A stretch of 61,441 nt of DNA from Octopus bimaculoides. Taxonomy: Eukaryota. A model generated the notes under the pieces. The model did no database searches and was not told the origin of the DNA. It saw only the letters and a list, made by a program, of their open reading frames with translations. Shown here in pieces: positions 1 through 13,042 of this stretch (the stretch's first letter is position 1; the number at the start of each line of letters is the position of its first letter). The stretch lies in assembly GCF_001194135.2 (NCBI RefSeq), contig NC_068988.1, positions 13,682,155-13,743,595 of the forward strand, given 5' to 3'. The translations under genes and the position numbers were made by a program.

Positions 1-1290
1 CCTAAGCATCACTTTAGGCTGGGACAGATGACTTCTGCTGTAGCCCTGAGCAAACCAAAGCTTATGAGATCTGCCAAACGCATATGCGAGCTTTCTTTTC
101 AGATGCATAATGCTGCTGTCTCCCATCCCAGGGTCTCACCAGCCCACACCTTCCGCACCCTCAGAGTTGGCACACTGAAAGGTAGGGCTGGTGAGATTGT
201 TGAGATGTTTGAACAGAGACATGTAGATTTGTGCTGCATCCAAGAAGGTGGAGAGGAAGTTCTGCTAGGTTCCTCACAAGCAAAGAACATAGGTATAAGA
301 TTTTCTGGGTAGGGAACACTGACAGGGTTGGGGGCATGGGTATACTCCTACAGAGAAATGAGTTGATAAGGTAATCGAGATAGTCAGAGTCTGTGATAGA
401 ATACTTAAGCATAGACTAGTCTTGCAACATGGATTAGCAACCATTATCTTGGCCTATGCCCCCTTGGCCAAGGCTACCTGATGAACAGAATGACTAATTT
501 TATGACACCCTCTTGCAGACTACCTCACTGACAAATGACAGAGACCTTCTCTTTGTGACTGGTGACTTCAATGGGCATGCTAGACAACATCCAGGGAGCT
601 TCCATGGTGTGCATGGTGGCAACAGATTTGGTTTCCGCAATGAGGGAACCAGGCTGCTGGAGCTCTGTGATGCAAATGATCTTATGATCTATAATACTAA
701 CTTCAGGAAACCTGCCAGTCACCTGTTTACCTACTAGTCTGGTGGGTACACTAGTCAGATTGACTACATTCGCACCAGGAAACAAGAAAGATGGCTACTT
801 ATAAATGCCAAAACTTTCTCAGGTGAAGAATGCTCCCCACAGCAGAGGTTAGTAGTTAGCGACTTCAGGGCTAAATGGCTGTCCAGAAGACGACCAAAGT
901 GGAAAAGAAGGGTCTGGAAGCTTAAGGATCCTCTAAATGGACAGAGATTTTGAGACATATTACATGAAGCTTTTGACAAAAAAGAGGGGAATATGGCATC
1001 ACATAATGTGGAGGACAACTAGAGGTTCCTATGAGACAACCTGTTGAGGGCTACTGACCACATTTGTGGCTGGTGCAACAATGTAGTTGACAGGGTCATT
1101 AGGAAAAAGAAACAGGCATGGAAGGACTGGAAGTGTGGTGTATCAGATTGCCAGAAGGGAAGCTGGGAGACAGGTTTACTTAGCCAGAGGGGAAGCAGAT
1201 AAGAAAAGATTTGCCAATGTTCTGCATTGTGAGGATCAGAAACTTCAAGTGTTTTGAATTGCAAGACAGTGTGTGAGAGAAAATCGCGAT
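1..1290 (+). mobile_element. Decayed RTE-clade LINE fragment (APE endonuclease region)
   Basis: Broken frames give LRVGTLKGRAGEIVEMFEQRHVDLCCIQE, GDFNGH...RNEGTRLLELCDANDLMIYNTNFRKPASHLFTY and SQIDYI, typical RTE endonuclease motifs; multiple stops and frameshifts. Confidence 0.8.
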
Positions 1291-3020
1291 GTCATGTGTG
1301 TGTGTGTGTGTGTGTGCACGTCTAAGTACACACAACTATAAATGTTGACTTATCTTACATGGAACTGTCAAAGAGCAATCTAAAACTATGGAAATTCTAA
1401 TTTAGTTTATTCTTGTCTTTTACTAATATTTTCATATACAAATCAGCACCATCTTCAGATTTGATTAAATCTCTGTAGTTAAACTGAATAATATCAAAAA
1501 CCATTAAATTCTGCAGCTTCTAAGAAGCCTATCCTTCTTATTTTAATTTTTTTTCCATAGTATAGCATGGCTGGTATAGCATTTAAAAATTTGGACACAT
1601 ATTTGCATTGCTGAAGGAACCATGCACTAAAGCTTAAAGGTTGTAGCAAGTGATTATTGAGATTACCTGCACCATTGAGACACCAAAGTAATTACAGGTA
1701 CCAATTTGAGAAGATTTAGTGTTCTTTTTCTGTTTTAAATTGCAGCTTATAATATCTAATATTTATATTAAAATCTTAACTATTAATGTACAATTTCTCA
1801 TATTCGTGGATAAATTCTCATAGTAAACATTGAACCAAGATTTGGCACCTCAACTTCTTGATCATAAGTAGAAAAGTCTATTCTGTTAGTAGTAAACGAT
1901 GATGTAATATGTGTGAAAGATATGAGATGTGTGTGACTATACGATAATAGTTAAAAAAATTTTTTTTGGAACCACAACGTAGAACCTTTAAAAAAAGAGG
2001 TTGGTAATGTGGCCACCCAGTAAGCAATGGTAGTTTGCTTCTCATCATCATGCACATTAAACTTCAGGTAATTCATTTTCAGGTTGTAATAAAGTTTGAA
2101 TTAAGTGGATCAGGGGTCCCTCAGTTATTAAGTGGTGGACCAGTACCTGGCAGTGGGTCATTTGGTGCCAGGCCACACAGAAAGAATAAATTTTAAAATT
2201 CTATTTTTGTATCTTATTGACTGTCACAGTCGGTCGAGAGATTCCCTAGACATTGACTAACCCATAGCAGCGAAGAAAAAGGTATCTATGATGATGATTT
2301 TACAGATGCATACATTGAACATCACCAACATCCAATCAAATTAATATCTTCCTTGGACAAACATGATCGGCTTTAATGGTAATTATTGAAATACAAATAC
2401 ATAAATACCAGGTTTCACACATTTCACTCTCTATAAAAGTATTTGAATGCTTTAACAATGAAACAAAAAAACACATTTCTCTCTCTCTCTCTCACACACA
2501 CATACACACAAAACACATTTATTTGTTTAAGAGCTCTGCTGCAAAGACTATTAGCCAGCTCAATGTTGAACAATTGAGTTGGTAGACAGAGATATTTCAT
2601 CATTAAGGAGGAATGGTTGAATGAGTTTTTAACTATTTGTCGCAATCATGTGATATGGTGCTGAAACATGGACATCAATAAAAATACTATCAAACAAGTT
2701 ACAAGCCTTTGAGATGAAGGTATAGTGGAGACTTTTGACAATATCATAGACAAGATATGAAACCAATGATGAAAAACAAAAAAGTGGCAAAACTAAGAAA
2801 ATTTTATCAGACATCCTCAAAGAGAGGAAACTAAAATATTTTAAACAATTGAGAAAAAAATGCTTTACAGAAACTATAAATAGAAGGTAAAATAAATGGA
2901 GGAGGGGGGGGAGAAAAGATGGGGAGGAGGAAATGGGGAGAGAAAGGGGAGGGAGGGGACAAGGATGAGGAAGAAGAGGGAGGGATGGATTGACAGATAG
3001 ATAAATAAATAAATAAACAA

Positions 3021-3024
<4 letters not shown>

Positions 3025-3109
<85 letters not shown>

Positions 3110-3118
3110 CAGAGAAAG
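3025..3118. repeat. Compound (TA)n(GA)n microsatellite
   Basis: Directly visible. Confidence 0.95.
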
Positions 3119-3461
3119 AGATAGGAAGGGAGAGAGAAACCAGGGATTATATGGATGAAAAATATCTTTTCTACAAAAGGCACAAAGCCTGAAATTTTTA
3201 GGGAACGGACTAGTTAATTACATCAACCCCAATGTTCAACTGATATTTATTTCCCCAACTCTGAAAGGCAAAGCCAACCACAGTTGAACTCAGAACACAA
3301 AGATGGATGAAATACTGCTAAACATTTTGTCTAGCATGTTTAACGATTTGATAGCATAAAAGATGCACAAGGATATTAGAGATGCACCCCAATTTCAGCA
3401 GTGCGTATTTAGGATTAAAAGTATTCAGTACATTAAAGCTTGTAATATTTAGAGCAACTTC

Positions 3462-3700
3462 AAGGTAGCAAGTTGGGAGAATCGTTAGCATGCCAGGTAA
3501 AATGCTTAGCAGCATTTCCTTCTTCTTTATGTTCTGAGTTCAAATTTCCATCCAGGTCAACTTTGCATTTCATCATTTTGGGGTTGATAAAATAAGTACC
3601 AGTTGAGCATNNNNNNNNNNGGGGGGGGGGTCGATGAAATCGACTTACCCTTTCCCCGAAATGCCAGCCTTGTACCAAAATTTGAAATCAATATTTAGAG
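3462..3700 (+). mobile_element. tRNA-head SINE with Nin-like central domain (family B). Other copies at about 3170(-), 9920(-), 12850(-), 19220(-), 23584(+), 25979(+), 27420(-), 28200(+), 30450(-), 32660(+), 37392(-), 41925(+), 50620(-)
   Basis: B-box GAGTTCAAATTCC followed by GGTCRACTTTGCCTTTCATCCTTT.GGGGTYGATAAA..AAGTACCAG in many dispersed copies; the family name is from memory of the Nin domain. Confidence 0.75.
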
Positions 3701-4914
3701 CAACTTATATATAAGACCCAGGGTGATATTTTGTGATAATTTTTTTTTTAGAAAAAAGGTGCATCTTTTAGAAAAAAAAAAGTGCACCAATCATGATGAG
3801 CAACCTTGTATTCAAAAATATTGTAAACCATGTCCCTTCACCCACCCCGTCTTTTTAAGGGTAAGTAGGAATAAATACCAGATTGTGCAGGAGTGCTACT
3901 GGTATTATGCAGTACAACCTACTGCATGGATGTGTCATTGACTTCTATTCTGGTTCCCCCAACAGGATTGTCTGATTAAGAGGATTGCTAGACGCCCAGC
4001 AGGACATAAGCAATGCCCATCAAAAAGAAGGATGAACTGAAAGCAAAGTCAACGACTGTCTAGTAATATTGTGGGGACGTAGAAATGCTGAGTTAGTATC
4101 TAGCATAGTGTAAGATCACTGAGGGAGAGGCACCCTTAGCTTTTGTTAAAACATATCTCTTGGAGAAGGTACTACTCTGTCCACAGTTACTAATAGTATA
4201 ATCTAATTTGGTGTCTGGACTAAGCAGCCGGACTAAGACAAGGACAACTCTAAACACAAACCCACATCGCCTGTCAGTGAGCACCTGCGAAGATGTGAGA
4301 GCTAAGGGAGTCAACTCTGAGAGCTATCGGGTCAGAAGAGAACTCGTAGCCCTTCTAGCCTTATTCATACTGAAGAAAGCTTAAAGATGCAATAAATGAG
4401 TTATGTCTGAGGCCCCATTACCATCAGCTCTGCAGTTGGGAATATTCATTCATTTGTTTAGGAATAAATGTTCTTAGGTGATCTTTCTTTATTTACAACC
4501 GTAGTCGGTGATTAGTGAGAAGTTTAACTGTTGCTTCTAGTAAGTGAAGCGAACAAATACAGGTTCTCTCGTTGATTCTTTAAAGTTTAATGATTTTAGA
4601 TATGAGGTTGTTGTTGAGCAAAGGAATATCATACAGACCGGACATCACTTCAAATATACAGGGCGTGAGAATTTGTTATAGATTTTATAGTGAATGGTAA
4701 CAATTATCAAGCATATTCCGGTCAGTATCGATGTACAAAATAAAAATTAGATCTAAGGGAGATAACTTTGAAGAAAAAATTAAAAAGTACAAATGTTAGG
4801 TGAACTATTGTTTTTAATAAAGCTCTGAGATTGTTTTTTTTTTTTTTTACAAATATGGGCAACTGCTATTAATATTATTATACAGCCAAGGTAATCATTT
4901 CGCAGTCGATAAAA

Positions 4915-5280
4915 TGTTGTTGGCACTCCGTCGCTTACGACGACGAGGGTTCCAGTTGATCCGATCAACGGAACAGCCTGCTCGTGAAATTAACATTCAA
5001 GTGGCTGAGCACTCCACAGACACGTGTACCCTTAACGTAGTTCTCGGGGATATTCAGCGTGACACAGTGTAATAAGACTGGACCTTTGAATTACAGGTAC
5101 AACAGAAACAGGAAGTAAGAGTGAGAGAAAGTTGTGGCGAAAGAGTACAGCAGTGTTCGTCACCATCCCCTGCCGGAGCCTCCTGGAGCTTTAGATGTTT
5201 TCTCTCAATAAACACTCACAACGCCTGGTCTGGGAATCGAAACCGCGATCCCGCTGCTTTAACCACTGCGCCTCCACAGT
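4915..5280 (-). mobile_element. tRNA-head SINE (family C). Other copies at about 7495(+), 12185(-), 31270(-), 50235(-), 53755(-), 55495(+)
   Basis: Recurrent GTTCCAGTTGATCCGATCAACGGAACAGCCTGCTCGTGAAATTAAC block; B-box GGTTTCGATTCC on -. Confidence 0.75.
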
Positions 5281-5901
5281 CGATAAAATAAAGTACCAGT
5301 CAAAATACTGGACTGATGTAATCAACTAACTTTCCCCGCCCTAAAATTTTGAAACGCTTTCGTTTTACAATAGTTTTAATGGTTAAAAGAACTGCAAATT
5401 TTTTTAGCTAAAGGGAAATAACTTTTAGTGGCTTCTAAGTTTACCCATACCATTTCATATCTGGTTCGATCAGTATCACATTTTTCAATGAGGTTGAATA
5501 TTTTAAAGACATTTTACACTTTCATTTAAACTATAAAGTGACCTATTCAAAATAGCTTATTGTTTCTATTTTTAATCTCAAAGAATTAAGTACATACCTA
5601 ATCAAATACCATCCTAAGTTAGACCTAAATGCACAGGCTTATGATCATAAGGTGATTCAGCCATGATCATCGTCATTTTGTATGTATACTCCATTGCGTC
5701 CTCTATTTTTGAGACAGCCGGATATGACTTAAAGGAGATTTGGCTATTGCTTTTAGCAGGTCCAGCGACAAAAATACAGTCTCTCGTTGGTCCGTATGTT
5801 ACGTCTATCGTAGTATGTTTAGCTAAGATGAATAGCTTGTAATACTTCGACCGTGCGAACCAAAGGAGATGGCGACGTAGACGGTAAAGGCTCCTTCTTA
5901 C

Positions 5902-5990
5902 CATGTCGCACGGTCGAACACAAAATAAGATACATATACGATAGAAAGAAGGCTCATCGTGAGAGATACAAACAAGGTGCCAGTAAAGAA
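5902..5990 (-). other. Candidate 89-nt exon of a nested minus-strand transcript, ending ATG|gtaaga
   Basis: CTAAC branch point about 20 nt upstream of cctaag| acceptor; strong donor ATG|GTAAGA at 5901; CpG-rich context. Confidence 0.35.
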
Positions 5991-6387
5991 CTTAGGACAG
6001 ACACAACCGTTAGATAGAAAATGAGAGGAAGTTTATTAACAAAGTGAAACTGTTTGTGTCTGTGTGCGCGTGCATGCGGCATATAAAATAACAGTAGGTA
6101 AGTCAGGCCTTCGTGTACAAGAGAAGGTATACAACAATGTTAAGTGACGGACAGTCGTATAAGCAATAGTGTGTGTACAATATGTGAGAGTACAAGTGTG
6201 CGTGTGTATGAGAGGAAACACAGAACATAGAGTGTCTGTAAAGTCTTCAAACACTGAGATAGAGAAATACCAGTTCGTATTAGAGTTACACAAGGAGATA
6301 GAATGTTCATACGCAGAAAGTTGTGGCCAAGTAGCAGAGCTGTGGTTCACAATATGTGTTGAGCGTCGAATGCTGTGACCGTGTTAC

Positions 6388-6610
6388 CTGGTACGGAATA
6401 TTCTGGCTGGTTAGTTCTGACTGTTGTTCATGGTGGAAATATTCCACTCAACAGCGAAGATAAAACTCGCTTGTTGATGTTGGTGTTGCTGGCGACGACA
6501 ATGGTAGACAGTACATTGGTGGTGAAGACGTCGGCGCTGGAACTGGCTGTAGCTGGTTCTGTATGTGTGGTCAGCGACCAGACCTGTGAGTGATCTGGAA
6601 TCGAAGAAGA
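6388..6610 (-). other. Candidate first exon (5' leader with two uORFs) of a nested minus-strand transcript
   Basis: Begins about 30 nt below TATAAATAAG; ends CAG|GTAACA; uORFs at 6516-6448 (MYCLPLSSPATPTSTSEFYLRC*) and 6431-6411 (MNNSQN*). Confidence 0.45.
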
Positions 6611-6630
6611 GCTACCGTCGTTGGATCGGG

Positions 6631-6775
6631 CTTATTTATAGCTGAAATAGGGCTCACCGGAAACCCAGAAAAACTCTATCTCACGTGACCTTATGTTAAG
6701 CCACGATTGGACGTAATGCCCCCTTAGCAAGCAGAACATGGGGACAACTGCCGCGCAAATAAGAACCAATCAGGA
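6631..6775 (-). promoter_or_regulatory. Pol II promoter: TATA box, E-box, two CCAAT boxes
   Basis: TATAAATAAG 6640-6631; TCACGTGAC 6681-6689; ATTGG 6706-6710; AACCAATCAG 6764-6773; CpG-rich surroundings. Confidence 0.55.
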
Positions 6776-6924
6776 TGTAGGACAGAAGGGACCGAGGCAG
6801 CCGAATGCTAGATTTTAGCAGCTTCGTTATCATTTATGATTGAATGCCCGAGAGAGAGAGGTTTCACTACAAGCTCATTGCTACTTTATAAACCAGTTCC
6901 ATCCTTAATTTCCAACAAATTGGC

Positions 6925-7295
6925 GCGAGCATAGCTGCCTGTTTAAGAAGCTCGCTTTGTAACCACGTGGTTTTAGGATCAGTCACACTATGTGGCACCT
7001 TGAGTAAGTATCTTCTACTTTAGCCCCCGGCAAATCAATGTCTTGTGAGTGAAATTGGTACATGGAAACTGAAAGGAAGCCCGTCGTATATACGTATATG
7101 TTTGTCCCCCATCCTCACCGCTTGACAACCTGGTTTCGTTTGTTGAAGTCCCCATTATTTAGCGGTTTGGTAAAAAGAGGCCAATACAAAAAGTACAAGT
7201 ATTCAAAAGAATTAAGTACTTGGGTCGCTTTGTTCGATTAAATCCTTTAAGGCAGTGCTCCAGCACGGCCGCAGCGCAATGACTGAAGCAAGTAA
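6925..7295 (+). mobile_element. tRNA-head SINE (family A). More than 20 copies in the window, e.g. about 10310, 11490, 21330, 24910, 33640, 35215, 35875, 36520, 47440, 53535, 56685 (+) and 15680, 24230, 25100, 51000, 60290 (-)
   Basis: A-box TGGCTGTGTGG, B-box GGTTCAGTCCC, body GGCACCTTGGGCAAGTGTCTTCTACTATAGCC...GCCTTGTGAGTGGATTTGGTAGACGGAAACTG, 3' CTCCAGCATGGCCRCAGTC. Confidence 0.75.
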
Positions 7296-10200
7296 ATGAT
7301 GAACTATCCCCCTATCAACATGTCTCCTTTTTTGGAGGGGGAGGGGTCTACTTTTTTATGCTAAAACTGTTGATTGACCAATAAAAAAAAATCATAAGTA
7401 AATTATATACCTTTTATGGCTACAAATATATTTTCATTATTTTAAAATGTTTTTGTTGCTTAGACGAAAATAATTGAAAATAGTTAACGAGAATGCGCAT
7501 GATTTAGTGTTCAAAGTACTTGGCTCAAGATTGTAAGGTCGTGAGTTCGGTTCCCGGCGGCGCGTTGTGTCATTGAGTAAGATACTTTATCTCACGTTGC
7601 TCCAGCCGACTCAGCTGGCAAAAATGAGTTGAAACTGTAATTCAAAAGGGCTGGCCTTGTCATATTCTGTGTACGCTGAATCTCCTTGAGAACTATGTTG
7701 AGGGTATGCGTGTCTATGGAGTACTCAGCAACATGCATGTTAATTTCACGAGCAGGCTGTTCCGTTGATCGATCAACTGGAACCCTCGCCCTCGTAACCG
7801 ACAGAGTACTAGATGAAACTATATGGGAGATAACTCTTTAATGCTTATGAAATAATGGCATTGTAGTTTGTGCGTCGGATAGAAAACTTTGCGACTCGTT
7901 GGAGTTGATATAATAAAAAGTACAAGTACAGTAGAGGAGTTAATTTCGTCTCCTGAAATCGGTTATGTGAAGAGACCAAGAAAGCGCGTTCCCATCGTGA
8001 CAAGAAAGAGATAACGTATTGTAATTAAGATACCAAAGTAAAATTTTAATTATAAAATTAAGAACTGATTAGTTAGAGATACTTCAACTGGTACAAAATG
8101 AAAGCAACAAAACCTAAACAAAACTGAACTGTGAAATAAATCAACATGTTGCAAAATTAAAATTAAATTCTCAAATAGGCGCCGGAATACCTGGGTGATT
8201 AAGAAGGACGCTTTGCAAACTGAATGAGAAGATGCCATGAATAAGTAATGGAAAGTCTCCATGGTTGAAGCACATGAAGGAAGATCTTGACAGAGATGAC
8301 CTGAAACTATTAAATCTCAAAATACAAATGATTTAAAACCAAGAGTTGTAGAAAACTACTGCTGTACTGCAAACCTATTCAATTCATACCAGTATGAAAA
8401 CTAAATATAAAAGAAATGGTGATACGTCAAATAAATTAAATTGATTAAAATTTTTAAATATTTAATTTAACTTCTTTTCAACTGACATAACATTAATTTT
8501 TGTAGAAGTGGGTATGACAGACTGAGTCAACCTTAGTATATTAAATCATCATCATCATTGATATTTATTGTCTTAACTCCCATTAGAAAGATGAAAAACA
8601 AAGTAATCTCCCGTGAGATTTTAAAACAGAATGTGAACATCTGCCTTTGGATTTGGCCTATATAGGTCATATTGTCTTTACAATGGATGCATTATATCAA
8701 TCAACTGTATGGTCTAGTTTACAGCTTCCTAATTTCAAACAGAGACATATACTATCCAAAACTGTTACACAAATAAGAATCTATACAATAAATTATAAAA
8801 TACATAATGAAAAATTAATAACTTGATATTTACAATTTGTATAGCAGCTACGGGAAAATGTATCTATTTTCTCAAAAAGCTGGACCACTGCCAATCAATG
8901 TAATAGATACAATAGAACTTTACCATTTACAAGTTTGTATAGCCATGAAATTATTACTGAAGTTGATATTCTCAACTATAAAACATTAAGCTATATTGTA
9001 CGATAGAGTTCAATAAGTCCACTAAACACTCATGATTTAACATCTGTCTTCCATGCTAGCATGGGTTGGATGGTTTGACAGGATCTGACACGTCTAAGGA
9101 CTATGTTGTACTTCAATACCTTCTTTTGCATGGTTTCTATGACTAGATGTCCTTCCTTATGCCCTACTAACTAAATGTTGCTAGCACAAAAAATTATTGG
9201 TTTCCTCAGGCCCTACATTTTACCTTACATAAGCATTTCCTAAAACCAAAAAGGCTTTAAGAGCTGAGGCATAAGACCAATTTTATGGTGTTAAGTAAAT
9301 AGAAGTTAACACACACACACCACTTGGATACAGGGCAGACTTATTAAAATATCTGACAAATGATTTGCTACCGGTTCCAGACAACATGGTGAGGTGTAGC
9401 ACATAAAATTAAATATTATCCAAATACTCAAAATATTTACAGTTGATTTGAACTCAAAACCTATTAATTTGTATTCCTACACCCCTGACATTTCACTTGA
9501 TTATGTGCAAATACAAATTGTCAACACGATAATTAAAAATGGTAACATTATTATTATTTAGGTCACAGCCTGGAATTGAACTCGGAATCTTGGGGTTAGT
9601 AGCCCGCGCTCTTAATAATATTTTTATTATTTATTTAAGCTGGTACTTTACCAGTTTCTAAATTACAGGACATAAACAAACCAACACTGGTTGTTAAGCA
9701 GTGACAGAGAAACATGAACATATACATATGAGGGGCTTCCACACAGTTTCCAGCTACCAATTACCTCAAGAGGCATTGTACAGCCCAGGACTATAGTAAA
9801 AGACTTCTCCAAAGTGTCTTACAGTGAGACTGAACCAAAATTATATGATTATGAAGCAATTCCTAATATTTTAAATAATGATTTCTCACATTCACAAAAT
9901 AATAATAACAGTAATAACCCTTTCTACTTAGGCACAAGGCCTAGATTTTCTGGGGAGGGGGCTAGTCTATCACATCGACCCCAGTACTTGACTGGTACTT
10001 AATTTATCGACCCTGAAAGGATGAAAGGCAAAGTTGACCTCGGTGGAATTTGAACTCAGAATGTGGCAGGAGATGAAATACTGCTAAGCATTTCACCCAT
10101 TGTGTTAACAATTCTGCCAGCTCACCACCTTAATAATAACAGTAATAAAAATAGACCACCGGTAACAATTCTAGTAGTCTCTGAATAGTTTTACAATTTC

Positions 10201-12897
10201 TAAAATTAGGTCAACCTAAAAACAGCTGTTTCAAAGACATAGGAAGAATTAATGAAATCAGAACTCAGACTACTGGATTTCTCTCAAGAGAAAAGACAAA
10301 GCATAGGCAGAAGCATAATTGTGTGGTTAAGAAGCTCTACAACCATATGACTTCAGGTTCGTTTCCACCGCATGGCACCTTGGACAAGTGTCTTCTTCTA
10401 AAGCCTTGGGCTGACCAAGGCCTTATGAGTGAATTTAGTAGACGGAAACTATGTGGAAGCCTGTCATGTGTGTGTGTGTGCATGTACATTTGTGCCCACC
10501 ACCATCACTTGACAATGAGTGTTAGTTTGTTTACAGCCCCATAACTTAGCAATTTGACTAAAAAGTCTGATAGAATAAGTACCAGACTTAAAAAATAAGC
10601 ACTGGGGTTGATTTGTTTGGCTAAACTTTCTAATGCAGTGCCCCAGCATGGCCACATTCCAATGACTGAAACAAGTAAAGGGAAGAAGCTATTGATGTTG
10701 TTACTGAGTGTTAAAATAGTGTATAACAAATCCTTACAAGTATGGCTAAGAAATGACAAAACAATGATTAATAGAAATATAACAGTATAACAAAGTGCAG
10801 TTACAATGTTTTAAGATGTTTTTTAAGCTCCAAGGAATTTTAAAGAATAGTACCTAGCTTGGGTTTCATAGGTTAAAGCAGGTGAGAGATAAATCTGTTT
10901 GGAAAAGAGGCCAAACTATGACTAACAATCTCAAAACCTGGTATGTATTCCTAACAGGTAGATGAATTGGAACAATATACTATAAAGTGTTCATGAACAC
11001 TATAAAATGCCAGCAGCAGATTTGAACTTAAAACAAGAGTAGGTATTCCAATATCTTAACCAATCTGTTATCTTGCTTCTAGAAATATATGTATAAATAA
11101 TTGCGACAGAAGCAGATTCAATACCAAAAGATAATCTCCCGCTAAAAGTGGATGTGTCACAGATATCTTACAGCTTCCATATATGCACCAAACCTGCTTG
11201 CAATGGTCTTTGGTCATCCCAACATTATAGTAGACACTTACCCAAGGTGCTATGCAGCATGACCGAACCCAAAACTATGCCCGATCCTAGAGATACTGTC
11301 AATCCTGGACTTGCATCAGATGAATCGAGGATTTTTTCTAAAAGCTACAGTTTTGGAAAGACAGCATTCTTTCAATGGGCAGTGAATTGATTTCGGTAGT
11401 TGCAAGTGAGCACTTGAGACCAAGTGTGCTTAGGTTTCTATTGTATTTACCTCCACAGGTGTTGAGAACTCTATTCTTTTCATTTGTGTGCACAGACAAA
11501 CACGCATGTAGTTGTTTGGTTGCCTGCCAACCACATGATTCCAGGTTTAGCTCCACAGCATGGCACCTTCAGCAAGTGTCTTCTACTATATTCCCAGACC
11601 AACCAAAGCCTTATGAGTAGATTTGGCAGACGGAAACAGAAAGAAACCCATACGTATGTATATAGGAGTGGAGGTATGTCTGTGAGTTTGTGTCTCCTTG
11701 CCTTGACATCACATGATAGTTGTAAATGATTTTCACTGTTGTAAAAATAATGCCATTCATTTCCAATATTCTGCATGGAAACAGGTGAAGGTTGGCATCA
11801 GCAAGGGCATCTGGCTATAGAAAATTTACCTCAACAAACTGTCTGACCCATACAAGCATGGAAAAGTAGTCATTAAAATGATGAGGATATAACTTGGTAG
11901 GAATGGGCTATGCACAGGGCCTCCAAGACTGGTGAGATTCATATGGTTGATGTTCAGTTTGAACATCTCCAAGTCAATATTTGCAGGAAAAAACAAACGT
12001 GGGTAGGAATGGAATTCTAGAGGGATGATATTCCAGGGAGAAAGGAATGACATAATGCTTATATGGTATCTTAGATGGCTGGTATAGGGGTGAAATGAAG
12101 GTGTTGGGTAGATGAATGTTGGTGGTATGCAGACAGCTGGTTCTGAGAAACAGAGGCAATTGTAGTAGCAACAATAAAACTCCATCGGTTATGACTATGA
12201 GTGTTCCAGTTGATCCAATTAATTGAACAGCCTGCTTGTGAAATTAACATGCAAGTGGTTGAGCACTCCACAGACACATGTACACTTAATGTAGTTCTCA
12301 GGGAGATTCCAAGTAACACAAAATATGACAAGGCTGACTCTTTGAATTACAGATACAACTCACTTTGGCCAGCTGAGTGGAGTGGAGCAATGTGAGATAA
12401 AGTGTCTCACTCAAGGACACAATGCACTACTGGAAATTGAACTTACAATTATGAACCAAATACCCTAACTGCTAAACCATGTGCCTTCACAACAATGGAA
12501 TCAGCAAAGTGACGAGACATGGCACATCTGTGGGATAGTCATTGAAGTGTTGGTGAGTTTTTGCCATTAAATCCAACAACTTTTTTCAGTGCTATCCAAG
12601 ATGTTCGAATGTGGAACTAGTAATCTACAGTAGGCCTCACTTGAACATTGTAGAGAGTCGGTATTTTCTGTAGCTTTGGAGATATAGTTTAAACTATGTT
12701 ATGAATACAAGCTAAAGTCCTTAGGTTACCCCAGGAAATGAAGTTCATGAAATTCATAATAAGAGACAAAACAGTTGAAGATGGTGATATTTAAATGAAG
12801 ACCTACAAGTGATGTTCCTACAATAATAATAATAATAATAATAATAATATTTCTACTGTAGGCACAAGGCCTGAAATTTAGTAGGTAGGGTCTAGTT

Positions 12898-13042
12898 TGG
12901 CGTTAGGAAGGGCATCCAGCTGTAGAAACTCTGCCAGATCAGATTGGGGCCTGGTGCAGCCATCTGGTTCACCAGTCTTCAGTCAAATCGTCCAACCCAT
13001 GCTAGCATGGAAAGCGGACGTTAAACGATGATGATGATGATG
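12898..13042 (+). mobile_element. Short retroposon (family D) with RTE-derived 3' tail ending in (ATG)n, nested in a family B SINE
   Basis: TTGGCGTTAGGAAGGGCATCCAGCTGTAGAAACTCTGCC...CCATGCTAGCATGGAAAGCGGACGTTAAACGATGATG, same as the 3' end of the 49029 element. Confidence 0.7.

Noticed and set aside
2629-3183. 184-aa minus-strand ORF
   Set aside because: Made of (TA)n/(GA)n and purine-rich low-complexity sequence
6448-6516. uORF1 as an antizyme-type +1 frameshift or selenocysteine site
   Set aside because: The +1 frame stops after 12 codons; no UCC-UGA context, no CxxU motif and no SECIS visible
9561-9615. tRNA gene
   Set aside because: Only a SINE-type tRNA-like head with no acceptor stem; no true tRNA or rRNA genes were found in the window
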